From Camelus ferus (lineage: Eukaryota): a stretch of 64,000 nucleotides of DNA. Below are positions 13,748 through 29,199 of the stretch, one piece after another. The DNA lies in assembly GCF_009834535.1 (NCBI RefSeq), contig NC_045696.1:81470001-81534000 (forward strand), written 5' to 3'. Position 1 is the first letter of the stretch. Every line of letters begins with the position of its first letter. The notes beneath the pieces were generated by a model. The model was not told the DNA's origin and searched no databases. It saw only the letters and a program-made list of their open reading frames with translations. The position numbers and the translations under genes are program-made.

Positions 13748-16700
13748 AAATGGTATTACTGAGGCTGGCAAAATTCCTAAGAAAACAGGGCCCTGATACC
13801 CTGCTTGTGGAAACATAAATTGGTTTATCTAGGGAAAATATCCTTTAGAGATGAAGGGGAAGAAATAACATTTTCAGATGAAGAAAAACCAAGAGATTTT
13901 TTTGCCAGTAGACCCATTCTAAAAGAAATTCTAAAGACATTTTCTTAGCATTTCTTCAGGCTGAAAGGAATAATACAAACGTTTATGATTGTACTGGTGG
14001 TTTGCAGGACTATATATTTGTCTTATAGAACGGTATGCCAAAAAGGGTGAATTTTACTGTACATAAAATTCATAAAAAGTATTTTAATGTTTTAAATGTT
14101 TTTTAAAATTTCGATAAAATGAATGGTAATGGAGTTCTTCTCAGGTCACTTGAGGAGTGATTTTTTTTTCCCCCGTTTTTTTTCTACTGAGGGTCAGTCA
14201 TCAAAACACGAATCAAAATCAAATCAGTTAAGCCTTGTTTATTCTGTTGAGTCTGGGTGATTTGCAGCAGAAGAGGACTATGCCGATCATCAAAATCCAG
14301 AGAGAATCCTAACAAACAGTTTGCGCTTCTCTTCACAGTCTCCAAGCTAACACTCAAAACCCTTTTCCAGAACTGCCAAGGAGGCTTGGCTGGGTTTCAG
14401 CGTCATTTCCAGACCTGCTCAGGTGGAGTCATTAACAATCAGTGAAATGGCCCAAAAAGAGAGCACTGAAAGGAACATGCTTCAAAAATCTGCTAACTGC
14501 ATCATCAATTTCTGAATGATTAAGAACTGAATATAGAGGCCAGGATACCACTTTCCCTGTCTTAAAACCTACCACACTCTGAACCAGAAATCAACCCCAC
14601 AACGATCTCATATCATGTAACCCTGAGGAGGCAGGGATGAGGCTGTCTCGGTCCAGAGTTGCACTGATTGTCACCCATCAATCTGCACAGTCAGGAATAT
14701 CTGTACCCAGAGACTCTGGCAACCAGTTCCAGTTCAGACTTGTTCCCAAGTGATACTGGTGATTATATTTATCTCCTAACGTTACAGTTTAACTGATTCA
14801 CTAATGATTAAGACAATTCTAAAGACTGAGCAAGCCCCACTAACTAAATGGCTGTTGCACTTTAGTTAACATGCAAAGGGTGTCCACAGCCTGCAGTTAG
14901 CTAATAATGCATTATAATTAATAGTACTTGGGGAAAGTGTCCTGTCAGCGGGAGCCCTGAGGTCGTTTTCCTAATGCACCAAGATGATCTCCATCGGGGC
15001 TTTTCTGTTTCATTGGATAAGTGACTGATGCTGTCCCTACTCTGATTATTTTAATTCTAAAAGTAATTTGGTTTCTGATTCCACAAACCCACAGAATTTT
15101 CTTCACTAGTATTTCCTTGAATTGACATGTGGGGTGCTGTGATGATAAAAGTGAATAAGCACCTTCTTATTTACTCATCTGCGATTTTGCCTTGCAAAAA
15201 AGCACATCTATCTCAGCAGGAGGGCATGGGCAAGCAAAACCCAGGGGAAGTCACGACAGTGATTCAACGACCCCGGTAAAGATTTCTCTATTATATGCTT
15301 GCTCCATCTCATGCTCTTCTCACTAAATGCTTTTCTTTTCAATTTTTATTTCCCTGTGTATAGGATCCACTGTGTTACATTATCCTTAACTGGTGCTAAA
15401 AAGTATATTTTATATGTAAGAAAAACAATCTTGGATTACAGGTGATGATGATTTCTGAGGCCAGAGCTGTTCAGTAAAAGCTAAGCAAAATAACAGCAAA
15501 TAATGGCGTGACAACATGGCCAAAGACCCATCCTCATGTCCCACATCATTGTTACTGTCAAATAAGAATACACATAGAAATATTTTTGGTAATTCAGTGC
15601 CCATCTCCAGATTCCCTTTCCCATCTCTGTCATCCTCCACTGCCCACTAACATTCCAGGGGCAGCAGCAGAAGAGGGATGAACGGCAAATGTGACCCTCA
15701 CACCACACTTTCCAAAAGCAAAAAGTGCCTAATCATGCAAACGTGATAGAACTATCAGAAGAGAAAAAATGTGAGATGAGTTATGCATACTGTGAAGAAT
15801 CATTGTTCTCTTGGCTCTGCAATTATATAAAATTTCATTATCAAGTTAGAAATTAAATACAAAGGAAACCTTTAATAACTTTGGCATTAGATCACCTGGA
15901 GGAGAGTCTAGTTGTGTGGTCTGTGTTGTGGGGTAGGGTGTTCTATGAATGTCGGTCAGGTCAAGCTGGTTGATAGTGTTGTTCAGGTCACCTGTTTCCT
16001 TACTGATGATTTCTTCCTTTGCTTGTTCTCTGATTACTGAGAGAGAAGTATTGAAGTCTCTAGCTATAACTGGATTTGTCTAGGCATATAACCCGTACCA
16101 CTGTCATACACTTTCCTCCCCAAGAGTTTTACCATTCTAAACTCTACTGTCATGAGGAAATCGAGGCAGGGGGAGGTTAAGTAAATTGTACAATGTCACT
16201 TAACTAGTAAACTGTAGAGCAGGTTTCAAGCTGAGGCAGTTGGACTCAGAGTCCCTGCCCTTCAACGCCATGATATGCTGTATCTTATCCCATCTGTGAA
16301 TTTGAAGAGCAGGTCAGTTGAGGCCATGACTGTATTTATCCTTTATAAGGCATTTGCAACACAAGTCAACTTCTAGGGAAGCTCAAGTGCCACCCCACCT
16401 CCAGCTTCTTCCACCTCCACCCGCACTCAACACAATCTCATCTTCCCTCAAGGAGCACTGGAGGGGATGCTCTGAAGGTGGGTTGTTAGGAGTTGCAGCT
16501 TCCAGTGGGTCAGAAGAAGGTAAAAGCCCTTGCTTTGGCATGAAGGGCTATTTGAGGTTATCTCTTTCTTTCCAGCTTCTCTTGGTTCTTAGCTTCCTCA
16601 ACTTGTTGTCTTCAGGATGCTGGTGTGGACAGGTTTGAGCCTTGTCTCGAGAGGGGCTCTGCCCTGAAGAAGCCTAAGGTGGGGAGACAGAGCCCAGTAC

Positions 16701-17489
16701 TGCTCTGGGGGGTAGCAATTCACCTGTCCTTGCTTCTTTTTGTCATCAGTGTGGTTAAGACCCCAAAGGTCAAGTACGGAGTGTCGGCTCTGAGGAAAGA
16801 CCTGTTTTCAGATTCAGCTCTAGGCCAGAAATGCAAAAGGGAGTCCTTCTGGTTCATTCACAGTTCACCGAGTTTAGCGAAGCCAGGATGTCTCAAAGGA
16901 GTGGGGTCAAAGTTACACAGGAATAAGCAGCGTGTGTCCTCCTGGAGTATGGCTCCTGTGTAGAGCTCTCCTAGGGACACTGGAATGGTGGGCCACTGGC
17001 CACCTCTGTTTTCATCAAAGAAAAACTCACATCATAAAATTATCCATGGGAATGGAATAACCACTTCTAAACCTAAGGAATGTAAATTTCCACTCAAAAT
17101 ATGGCTAAAGATCTGTTCTGCTATAGGCCTCAGAGATTTTTTTCAGACCTGAGGTCCCTTCCTATTTATATTAGGACAAACTTTAGATCCAATGCAAGGT
17201 AAAATGAAATCTTGGTGCAGGCCAGTACATTTGATATCTTGAAAACAAGAGATGACCAGCCACTCTCTCTAGTCAGCTAAGGAAGGACTGTGAGGTCTAA
17301 ACTCCAAAACCAAGGCTGATATCCAGGTGCTTCAGAAGACCAGCTTCCAAAGGCACCCAGACAAACCCAGCAAAGTGGTGTTTATCTTGCTGCATTTACC
17401 ATAGTCATGGTCTGACCTCAGCCTTGTAGGCTCAGAAAATCAGTCCCATAGGGCCCTAGAGCTGCCTGGCTTCAGGGATGCAATGCATG

Positions 17490-17720
17490 TAGAGGTAAAG
17501 AACTGGGACTCTGAAGCTAAACCATCTCAGTTTGAATTTGGGCTTTACCCTTTACTAGCTGCAAGTTACTTAACCTCCCTGTGCCTCAGTTTCCACATTT
17601 AAAAAATTACAATAATAATAGGAGCTACCTTCTAGGGTTGTTATGAGAATTAAATGAGTTAATATTTGAATACTGTGAAGACCAGTGTGTGGCACATAGT
17701 CAGTGCTTTGTGAGTGTTAT
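17490..17720 (+). mobile_element. MIR SINE
   Basis: gcaagttacttaacctccctgtgcctcagtttcc...gggttgttatgagaattaaatgag...tggcacatagt. Confidence 0.8.
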
Positions 17721-20139
17721 TACCAAACTAGTAAGAGACTAATCATAATACCAAAGTGGCAAATTATTTTACAATGAGGAAACAGAGTTGTTGAGCAATC
17801 TGGAGACTCATGTTGACCTGACCTGGCCCCAAGGGAAGCAACATGGTTCCTAATGAACATGGAAAGTTAGCAAGCAAGGGAATTGTTATGGCTTAAGTAT
17901 CTAGTAGCACTAGGCTCTGAGATTGTTTCAGATTAAACATTCCCACGATAGATATGTTAGCGTATTTATCAGGCAAGAATTATGGACCTGCAGCCGGTGG
18001 GAAGAGGTGTCATCTAGTTGCTATACTGTTATCTTGCAAATCTCTGCACCTATATCTTGTAGTGGTTGTAATAATAATGATGATGTTATAATAATTAGAA
18101 TTTGGTGAGTACTTACTCTGTCCATTATAAAGATAAACGTTTCCTCACTTATTCTTCATAACACTTCTATAAACACTTACAGATGAGGAAACCAAGATTT
18201 AGAAAGATACACATGGTCTCTCTGTGCTTTTGCCCATGCAGTTTCCTTGCCTAGAACACACATTTGCCACCTGGATCACACCTATTCATCCTTCAAGACT
18301 CAGTTCTAGTGTTCCCTATTCTAGAAAGCAGGCCTACCTTGCCTTCCTGGAGCCTCCTCTGAGCTAGGAATCCTTCCTCTCTTCCTCCCAGTCCTCTGCA
18401 TGACCTCTGCAAAGTACTCACTGCATCGTATTAAAGTGTTCTTAGCTGTCTTCCATTAGGGCTGTCTGCGCCTTGTTTTGACTCTACCTTCTTTCTTTCC
18501 AGAGGTGCTTAGTATCTGGCAGAAATGATTATTCAGTAGAATGAGTACGGTGCCTGGTACTGAGTAGGTACTCAAATACTTGGGGAATCACAAATTAGGT
18601 AGTGGTAAAGGCTTTTAGCACCAAATGGTGATTGGATTAAGGACCTTTTAAGGTCCAATTGTGAGACTCTACAGGCTTGAGGTTCAGATTTGAGCCTGGC
18701 TGGCTTGAATGGATGATGCCAAAATTCACTGAGAAAAGAAGTGGTTTCAAGAGGAAGATAAGGAAGTTAGTTCTGAGTTCGAATGAGCAAAAGAAATTGC
18801 CCCTTCTAAGTTGGTAAACTTATCTAAAAGTGGAGGACCCACATTTTTTAAAGAAAAAAAAAACCCAACAATGTATTATAATGTTATCCTATACTACACC
18901 ACTTCCAATTTTCAGATGTAAATCTCTACATAGTTTCCAGGAATTATAGTAGTTTGACCCTAAAAATAATCCAACTTGAGTCATGTCCTCAGTGAAGAAG
19001 CTGCTCAGTTATGTAACTCAGATTATATATGAAGGGTATGAAAATGCCATACAGGAAGGGCTGGTCAGCCCTTCCTCGTTACCAACAGCCCCTGCAGCAG
19101 TAGCAGTCGGCTCCTGCCAAGTCACCATTCACAGCCTTGATCTACTATTTACTAGGCCTCTGCTGACTATCCCTGTGATCTTCACCAAGGTGCCTCATGC
19201 AGTAGTCATTCTTTCCTGCCAACTAAGGGCTTCATGAATTGTAAATCAATTCAAAACTGATAAACACACATCAGCTCCCACTTACACTCTGTTCCAAAGC
19301 ATCGTTGTTTCCATTAGTCCAAAATCCGCCATAAAACTTTCACGCTAGGAAACTCATGATGAGAATCTCTCTCAGTAGTAAGCATATTTATTTCACATAA
19401 GCCTCGGAAACTAGCTCAGCAAAATGTAGCATGGTTCCTTTTGCCTTGTTTCTAATGTCTCTTCATTGCAGGAAAAATACTTTGAGAGGTCTCTGGTAAA
19501 AGGCTGGTTTTGATGGCCAATGTCATAATCTAAATTTCATCACAAGTATTGATTGATTCAAAAGTAACAAAGAAAAATGATCTGCAATTCTCTGTTGCAG
19601 AGCCAAGTTTAATCTGAGCGTTGTGGGAATATTAACTTCTTGGCGGAACTCAATGCACGATAACATGCTCATGTTCTTACGCAAATCTGTCATTTCAAAT
19701 TGGGGTTGCCAAGAACAGTGTCACTATATTGCAAAATCAAAGTTTAATGTATCTATGTTCACGTGCTTTCCGAATGTATTTCATAGTCCACTTGCAGTAC
19801 AGATAAGCTCTGAAATCTGCTACTTTGAATTTTATTCAGAGAACTCTCTGCAACCACGAGGCTGTGTGGTTATTTTAACTTGTGAAAATCACCCCTTCTT
19901 GTCCACTTCTGTTAGACAGCTTTAAATGTTAGAAACTACTTCACTAAATTGAACCAAAAATTGCCTCCATGAAATTTCTTTCATTTTTCAGGTGGGAATG
20001 TCTTCTAGATAAAAGCAACGGGGGCCCAATTTCAACCTATCACGAAAAATAACTTTCTAGCAATCAAATGCTTTGGTGGACAGTGAGTTCCCTATTAACA
20101 TGACCGTTGTGTGAATTGAGTATACACAAATTACATGTA

Positions 20140-20500
20140 CAGATGCTCCTCAGCTTATGATGGGGTTATCTCCCAATAAACCCACTGTAAGCTAAAAATA
20201 TCATAAGTTGAAAATGCATTTTATACACCTAACCTACCAAACATTATAGCTTAGCCTAGCCTAACTTAACCATGCTCAGACACAGGACACTGTACAGTAC
20301 GAGTTGTTTACCCTCGTAATCACGTTGACTGGGAGCTCAGACTCACTGCCACTGCCCAGCATCATGAAAGAATATCATACTGCATATTGCTAGCCTGGGA
20401 AAAATTCAAAATTCAAAGTCCAGTTTCCACTGAATGAGTATCACTTTCGTACCAGTGTAAAGTCAAAAAATCGTAAGCCAAACTATCCTAAGTTCGGGGT
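20140..20500. mobile_element. MER47A-like Tigger DNA transposon remnant
   Basis: TA|cagatgctcctcagcttatgatggggtta...acacctaacctaccaaacattatagcttagcctagcc. Confidence 0.75.
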
Positions 20501-22810
20501 GGTATTTTATGTGCCAGACGTTCTTTTAAATGCCTTACCTATATTAAATCTTCTTTAAGTGGATACTATTATTATTTCATTTTAGGGATAAAACAGGCAC
20601 AGAGGTTTTAAGCAACTTGCCTGAAATCACACTTGCAGATAGTAAATAAGTAGAGCCAGGACTCAAACCCAGGTAGTCTAAACCCTTTGATTATACTGCA
20701 AAGCCCTGTGTACTGCATCACCACTTGACACAGAAAATTCCAGCAGCAAAAGAGGTTTGAACTAAATGACATCTGAAGTCTTTTCCCACCATGAGAATAT
20801 ATGGCACAGGGAATTCTCATGCAAATGAACATTTCCCATTAACCACCCTTCTCTAGACTCTGGAAGAGTTGCCTCTCTTACGTCCCCCCTTGGATGTGTG
20901 TACTTCTTCTATAATGGCACCTATCCAATGACTTTTTAATTATTTATTGTGTTTCTCCCACATAAAACTATACTTCCTCAAAATGAGGACCACTTCTATC
21001 TTCTTCATCATTATATCCTAAGTACCTAGCACAGATCCTGGTACAAAGTAGGCAGTATTTGTTAGATAAATGAATGAAAGATATAATAAACCAATGGTAA
21101 CATCTTATTGCCTACAATTTCAATTGCTATCTTACTGCAAAACTAGATGCTGGAATAAACCCTAAAAAAAAAACAAAACAGATACACACACTAGAAGTTA
21201 AGGGTCTTTAAAAAGCATATCCTTTTGTTTATTGTATATTGCTTACTAAGAGAAGAATATAAATAATTACAATAGGAGATTAGTTAAATAAATTATGACC
21301 TGTTCAGCCAGCGGAATATTGGACTTCTATTAAAAATGATGCTGACAAATAATAGTTAGTAACATGGAAATACATTCTCAATACATTAAATTTTTAAAAA
21401 CTTAAACCCATTTTTTTGTGCATGTGAGAAAGAAAAAGAGAAGCAAATAAAATGGTATGTACACATAAGCCTTACTTAAAGGATATGTTATAGCCCTACA
21501 TAGCAATAATGTTTTTCTCTACTGTAGAATCAGAAATGGATTTTTATTTTTTACAGGTGAAGGTTTTTCCTATGTCATTTATCTCTATTTTTTAAATTTC
21601 TACAATAAACACATACTACATTAGGAAAGAGAAAAATTAAGGGTTTTGGGGTTTTTTTCTGATAAATACAAATAAATTACTTATATAAAATAATTAGAAT
21701 AAGTAGGATAGGTACAAATTCTCCCCATGTTCTCAGTTACCCCTTTTCCTCAATACTTTAGTTGAAACATGTATATAGATAGGCATGAGTAAAGGGAAGG
21801 TGTAACTCTTGGGAAGTATCTTTTCAAAGTGGAAGCAAAAGCACTAGCGACCACCCTCACCCACACTTGATTAAAGTGTTCAGAGGCTACTGTGCTAGCT
21901 TGAATCTCCTCATGGTTTTACCTTTCTCCACTCATTGTAGCAAATACACTAACTCTATGAAGTGATTAAAATCAACCAACCAAATGAGCCAGCAATAACA
22001 AATTCTTCATAATGACATGTGCCACCGGAAAGAAAAACAAGTGCTGGTTGTTGAAATGAAAAAAAGCAAACAGGGGCAAGACAGTGATAGTTCTTGGCCT
22101 AGACCTATCTAATTTATGGGGAAAATTACATACAAAAATTCCAGGCAAAAACAGTTTTTCTAAGTGTTTTCTGTAGGTTTTCCTATTTTTTCCCCCTCTA
22201 ATAACACAAGACCAGGCAATTTCTGAAAAATGTTATGCCAAGATTCCAACTTCTTAATTTTTCCCCCTGCCATAACAACAGAAAAGAAAGGGTGGAGAGA
22301 GTGGGAGGAAGGGGGTAAGAGAGCAGTGCCAATGCTGGCTCTTGTAAAGAATTCAATTGTCAGTGATACAGGTGATAGTCAGGAAATATTTCTTTTTAAA
22401 GAGGAGGGGAAGATGGGCAGAGGAGGGTGTGCCTGTGAGTCACTGAACACTGGCCCTCCTTCCATCTATTTGTAAGAAAGGTTAGACATTGATGCCCAAG
22501 ATTGGGAGAAGGAACAGAGAGTGGGAGTGATGGTCCAGATGTGGGCATGGAGTAATTAGGAAGGTAAACAGCTCCATCTCTCTACACCTTGGAGTCATAT
22601 ACACAATAACCTGGGAACCATCTATCATCATTACAAGACCTCCCTACAAGCCACAGAAATTCTTTGCATTAGGAAGACACAATATTTAGTAAAACCTCCT
22701 TCTCAAAAGACATTGTTTATATTGTGAGATGGCAATGCATTTATAAAATCCCCAAAACTCAAAGCATTTTTTTTAAAAAGAGAGACCTATGGTAGGTAAA
22801 AGACAGTAAC

Positions 22811-23138
22811 TTTTTTTTAATTGAAGTATAGTCAGTTTACAATATCATGTCAATTTCTAGTGTAAAGCATAATGTTTCGGTCATCCATATACATACATGT
22901 AATCATTTTCATAATCTTTTTCACTATAGGTTACTACAGGATATTGAATATAGTTCCCTGTGCTATACAGTATAAACTTGTTTATCTATTTTATATATAG
23001 TAGTTACATCTGCAAATCTCGAACTCCTATTTTATCCCTTCCCCTACCCTTCCCCCACTGGTAACCTTAAGTTTGTTTTCTATGTCTGTGAGTCTGTTTC
23101 TGTTTTGTAAATAAGTTCATTTGTGTCTTTTTTTTTTT
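22811..23138 (-). mobile_element. Lineage-specific L1 3' end
   Basis: T-tract followed by aattgaagtatagtcagtttacaat...atattgaatatagttccctgtgctatacag. Confidence 0.85.
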
Positions 23139-23178
23139 AAGCTAGAGACAATAGCACTACTACATCACTCATTTAAGA

Positions 23179-23370
23179 CGGTGGTTCTCAACCCGGTCCA
23201 CACATTAGAATTGCCTGTGAAGCTTAAAAATAATTACCTATGCCTGGATTCCCACCTATTTCCCACATCCCTGGGATTCTGGCTTAATTTTCTGGGATGA
23301 GACTGATGACAGCTACATTTTAAAAGTTCCTTCAGTGAATCCAATCTGTAAGCTGGGTTCAGAACTACTG
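23179..23370. mobile_element. MER5A-like hAT-Charlie element
   Basis: Termini cggtggttctcaac ... gttcagaactactg form inverted repeats. Confidence 0.7.
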
Positions 23371-26300
23371 ATTTAAGAAGTCTAAAGGCTATAAACCAAA
23401 ATATGAATAATGGGTCTATCTGGGTGGTGAAATTACAAATTCTATTCTCTTTTCAGTTGTTTTTCTTTATGGTTTTCCAATCTTTAAAATATGAAAATGT
23501 TTAGATTGTGTATTTAAATTTATGTTCAAAAATGAAATCTACAAGTTAAACATGAAGTTAAATTTTAATTCCTATTTTTATTCAAGTCATATTCCTACTT
23601 TGGAATAAATTTAAGGAGAATTGTGGAAATAATCATGACAGTTATCATTAAAAAATAAAATAAATGGGACTAATGTAAACAAAACATACTCCAAATTTGG
23701 GGGGATTTAACATAGTACAACGATTTGAAGAGCTATAGTCCTCCATAGCCACAAATAGCTCCACAGAGTAAAACCCGCTTCCCTTACCGTTTTCACTCCT
23801 TCTCCAAGTCGGGGAGAGTAACTCGCCCTCTTACACATGTCTGGACCCCCTCAGGCTCACCTATCCTAAGGCCCCATCTCTGCACAGACAGGAAGGATAT
23901 AAGAGATCCCTTTCTGACAAAGATTGAGCTTAAAATCACTTACACAAGATACTGTTTACTGGTGGCTTGACTTGACTTGGATAGGTTTGTTGCATATGCC
24001 TGCCAGCTGCAGATTCTGAAGTTTTCCTGAGTCCCTAACCAGAGGAAAGCACTGTTTGGTGAGATATATACTGAGAATTTAGGGAGATTTTATGTTAAAA
24101 GGTGTACCAATCTTAGTTTCATTATGAACCACAAAATGCCTCCCATTTGCTATCCTCTCACTGGGCAACTCTCCTTTTTTTATTATTATTAAATTGACAT
24201 CATCACTTATTTTCCCATACTAGTGCACCTGTTCATGTGAGACAGCTCTCCACATCAAAGAAGTATTGATCCAAAATGCCCGTAGTGCTAATATTGAGAA
24301 ACCCAAGCTTACATATATGATTTCACTTATATTTTCTGAATGCTACTCTACTCACTTAAATGGGAGTAAGAATAAGTTCAAAGCATTTTCCAACCCTCAA
24401 AAATATAAATGATTTACTCAAGACCACCTATTCAGTAAACCACCTACTAAGCACTGTTCCTAGATCTCTAAGTGTCGTTATCTTCCCACTACATTACAAT
24501 CTTGGTCTCTTCCTGATTTCTCTGGTTCTCCTACTTGTACTCCTGTCTCCCTCTGTTCTTAGCATGCTAACTGAGCTTCTTAATGCTCTTTTTTTTCTGC
24601 CTGGGTTCCTTAGCTTTTCTGGCCTCTAATACTGTTTCCCCTTGTGACATCGTTTGGCCCTTCCTGTCCCTTGGTTCTGTGTGAGGCCCAAGAACAAGTG
24701 TTAGTGACCAAAATTCCTTCCTGCATTATTGAATTTTGTGTCTATGATAAAATAACATTTGAGATATAATTGTTTCCTAAAAATAACTTTTGTTATTGTT
24801 TTCTTAGTATAGCTAAGAAAACATCATTAAAACTTGGGGGGAAAAAAAAAGATAGCAACAGAGAAAACTGAAAATAATCTCCAAACCTGGAAACATCTCT
24901 GCCATCATGTTCAGTCTCCTTTCTATGGGATATTTTTTTCCCTCCGTTAAACGGTATTACGATGTCAACACTATTCTGCAATTTTTTTCCACGTAATACA
25001 TTGGAACCTCTATGTCACTATTATTCTCTAAACATTTAGAGAATTCTCAATTCACTAAATATTACTAATGTAATTCATTACATAGTAATTCATTGTATGG
25101 ATATATTAGAATTTGTTTAACTACCCTGTATTGTTGGGTAGTTATGCAACTTCTAATTTTTATCTTTTATAAACATGTCCTTCCAAATATTCTTCAAACA
25201 AATCTTTGAGCATTTTTACCATGTTCTTACCTAGAAGTAGAATACAGGGATCAAATTACATGCAAAAGTTTAAGTGTTTTGACATATAGGGTCAAACTGA
25301 ATGGAAATTTTATTTCAAATTGATTGATTTTTAGGTTAGTGAGGATTGATAAACCATGCACATCCTTAATCCAGGTTGGTTTCTCACTCTAGTGGCTCCT
25401 CGTTGCGTGTTGGTGAAATGTAAAGCCAGAGTGAGGCTGGCAACCAGGTGGTGACTGGTCAGCACTTTCACCACTGCTGCAGACTAGCTTTGAATCATCC
25501 TGAAATTCAATTCCACTGACCTTAGTGAGTGCCACATAGTACTAAACACAATGAGGAGACTAAAAAGACAAACTACCTACCTTCAAAGTGTTTATAATTT
25601 AGTGTTCACACATAATTATGACATAATACAAAAATGTGATAATAAGAAAATTACAAAGAGCTGTGAGAGGAAGATTTCTGAATGCGGTGTTTGGGAAGAT
25701 AACAAAGAAAATGACATGTAACCTGAGTTTTGATGAGAGTAAGGTCAGACTTTGTCTAGTTGGGCAGAAGGGCGTCATAGATATGGGGATATATGAAGTG
25801 AAACACTCTCGGGAAACAAAGTGTGTAAAATTAATTTTTAAAAAAAGGACAGCAATGAAGGAGTCTCATGAATAAAGTCAATGCAAGGCAATAATGGGAG
25901 ATACACTGAGGAAGCAGACGGGTATCAATTTCAACACTTAGCTGAGGAGAGGAAATTATTTGGAAGGAAGTGGGGAGATGATGAAGGGGACAGAAATGCT
26001 GCAGGAAGGTTACTGTGTCAGCAGGTGGATCAGAGTGGCCTCTGGTGTAGGGAACCACTGAGGCAGCCCTTCGGAGAAGTAAATAAGGGCCTGGAAAAGG
26101 AAAGGGACAGGACAGAGGCAGACTGTAAGACAAAGAAAATTTATAGCTGAGACTTTTCAGTTTATGTAGAATATAATAATGCAAACAAAAGTGAAAACTG
26201 GCAAAATTTAAAAGCTAGATTTATAGTCCATGACCCCTCCCACCCAAATTTTTCCTAAATAAATATCCAATTTATTGGCAACAATTTTGCCTGTTTATTT

Positions 26301-26384
26301 AGCTTTATTCAAAAAGCACCAGCACCACCTGGTGACAACAACTCAGATTACCCTCTCAACCATCCTGAATTCCACCTTATTTTC

Positions 26385-28080
26385 TTCTAATTTTTCTTAT
26401 GAAAAAATTTCACACATACATAGATGTTGAAAGAATACTAAAATAAACACTCCTATCCCATAATCTACATTTGCTAGTTATTAATGTTTTGCCAAATTGG
26501 CTTTAGCTCTTTCTATATGTGTATATATGCTAAGCCATTTGAAAATAAACTATAGACACTGAAACACTTCAAAATTTTCTGCATAAACTTACTAAGAAAA
26601 GAATATCCTCTACATAAACACAATACCATTACCTTACCTGAAAAAAATTAACAATAATTTGCATCAAAATATAATATGCTATTCAAATTTTCCCAATTGT
26701 CACAAAAGATGTTTTGAAGTTTGTATTTTTTAATCTAAGACCTAGTCAAGATTTATGCTTTGCACTTGGTTATGTTTCTGAGTAATCTTTTAATCTAGAA
26801 CAATTTTCACTACTTTTTTTTAACTTCCTATGACATTGCCATTGTTTAAGCCTCCAGGCCAGTTATCTTGTAGAATGTCCTACATTCTGAATTTGTCTGA
26901 TTATCACCCTCATGATAACATTCACATTAAATGTTTTGGCAAGAATACTTCATAGCTAACTTGTGTATTTTTTTACTGCATCACTTCAGGAAATATAATG
27001 TCATGTTGTCCTACTGTTGTTGTTGCTAAGTTTGATCACTTGGTTAAGTGGTGACTGCAAAATATACCCTATATAATTAATCCCACGAGTAGGGTGTTAT
27101 CTTGAGGCCATGTGAATATCTCATCCTTAACAAATTTTTAGCCAAAGGTTTTAAAATACATTGACAACCTTGAATCACTTTATTACATGGGGAATTGCCA
27201 AATAATGATTTTCTATTTTTATCATTCTTTTGACATATTAAACAAATCAACCTAACTATAAATCAAACTGATAAAATAATAAAAGAGAAAATAATTGAGA
27301 TGGAAGAAGATTTTGACCAAGTACTCTATACATCCTTAGTGAAATATATCCCAAAGACAAAAGGAACTGAAAAAGAAAACTTAAACTTTACTAAATATAT
27401 TATTGGTAATCATACAGGTATTATAATTCTGAAGTTTTGTAATGTAATTGTAGAATAAAGTAAATAAGCAAGTGTATTCATGAAATTAGGAACCAAGATT
27501 TCACTGTAAGATAGAAGAGATACACATATAAAATAAAATCAAGTATGGAAAATGCTATAGTGTTTCATTTGAATTAGAAATATCAACATTAACTCATGAT
27601 TTAAGAAAAAATGTACTTCTTAGTTCTGTCCACTAATCATTTAAACAATGGTATTCTAGTAGCAACAACATACTTAGCACCTAGATCTTGAGTTTTCATA
27701 TGTTTACCAGCCATTTGCATATTTTCCTTTGTGAAGTGTCTGCTCAAATATTCTGTTTTTTATTGGATTGTGTTTCTTATGATGGAGTTAAAGGACTTCT
27801 TTCTGTATTCTGAATATGAGTTCATTTTCAGATATATGTTTTGTGACTATTTTCTCCATCTGATGGCTCTATTATTTATTTTCTTGATGAGCAGTTTTTA
27901 ATTATGATGAAGTCCAATTTATCCATTTTTTCTTGCATAGTTATTGCTTTTCTGTGTTCTGCCCAAAAAAATCTTTGCCTACCAATAAGTCACAGATATT
28001 CTTCTTATGTTTTCTTCTAAAATATTTATAGTTTTGCTTTTTATGTGTAAGAATATGCTCTATCTAAAATAAATTTTTGA
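26385..28080. mobile_element. Old L1 (L1MC/L1M-type) fragments, mostly antisense
   Basis: ggccagttatcttgtagaatgtcc..., tttgatcacttggttaag, and gatgaagtccaatttatcc are L1M 3'/ORF2 motifs. Confidence 0.6.
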
Positions 28081-28529
28081 ATGGGCAGACAACCTGAATA
28101 GATCTCTCTCCAAAGAAGACATACAGATGGCCAATAGGCTCATGAAAGATGCTCAGTACTGCTAATTATTAGAGAAATACAAGTCAAACTTACAATGCGG
28201 TATCACCTCACACAGGTCAGAATGGCCATCATTAAAAAGTTTACAAATTATAAATGCTGGAGAGGGTGTGAAGAAAAGGGAACCCTCCTACATTGTTGGT
28301 AGGAATTTAAATTGGTGCAGCCACTATGGAAAACAGTATGGAGTTTCCTTTAAAAACTGAAGATACAGTTGCCATACAATCCTACAATCCCATTGCTGAG
28401 TATATACCGAGAGAAAACTCTAATTTGAAAAGATACATGCACCCCAATGTTCATAGCAGAGCTATTTATAATAGTCAAGACATGGAAGTAATCTAAATGT
28501 TCATCAACAGATGAATGGATGAAGAAGAT

Positions 28530-28580
<51 letters not shown>

Positions 28581-29062
28581 TAGAGATACAGATACGCAGT
28601 GGAATACTCCTCAACCATAAAGAAGAATGAAATAATGCCATTTGAAGCAACATTGACAGACCTTGAGATTATCATATTAAATGAAGTTAGTCAGACAGAA
28701 ACAGACAAATATCATATGATAGCCCTTAAATGTGGAATCTAAAATATGATACAAATAAACTTACTTACAAAACAGAAATGGACTCAGAGACATCGAAAAC
28801 AAATATGGTTACCAAAGGAGAAAGGGGGTGGAGAAGGAATAAATTAGGAGTTTAGAATTAGCAGATACAAACTACTATATATAAAATATATGAACAAGGT
28901 CCTACTGTATAGCATAGGGAACTATATTTGATATCTTGTAATAAACCATAATGAGAAATAATAGGAAAAAGAATATATACATGTATAACTAAATCACTTT
29001 GCTGTACATCAGAAACTAACACATTATAAATCAACTATACTTCAATTAAAAAAATAAAATAA
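28081..29062 (+). mobile_element. L1 3' ~1 kb (end of ORF2 plus 3' UTR) containing a (TAGA)n tract at about 28530-28580
   Basis: tccaaagaagacatacagatggcc...ccactatggaaaacagtatgg...aaatcaactatacttcaattaaaa. Confidence 0.9.
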
Positions 29063-29199
29063 AATTTTGTATGTATTTATTAAATACCATAAAGTGTTTA
29101 AACATCTCCAACTTTGTCTATGTTTTATATGTTTCACACTTTTGATTAGCATAAAACAAACATTAAATGTGAAAATAAATTTTTAGGAATACGGATTTT

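Noticed and set aside
14200..26200. Scattered 60-117 aa ORFs in the intergenic region
   Set aside because: No recognisable homology or exon chain. Consistent with random ORFs among MIR/L2 remnants.
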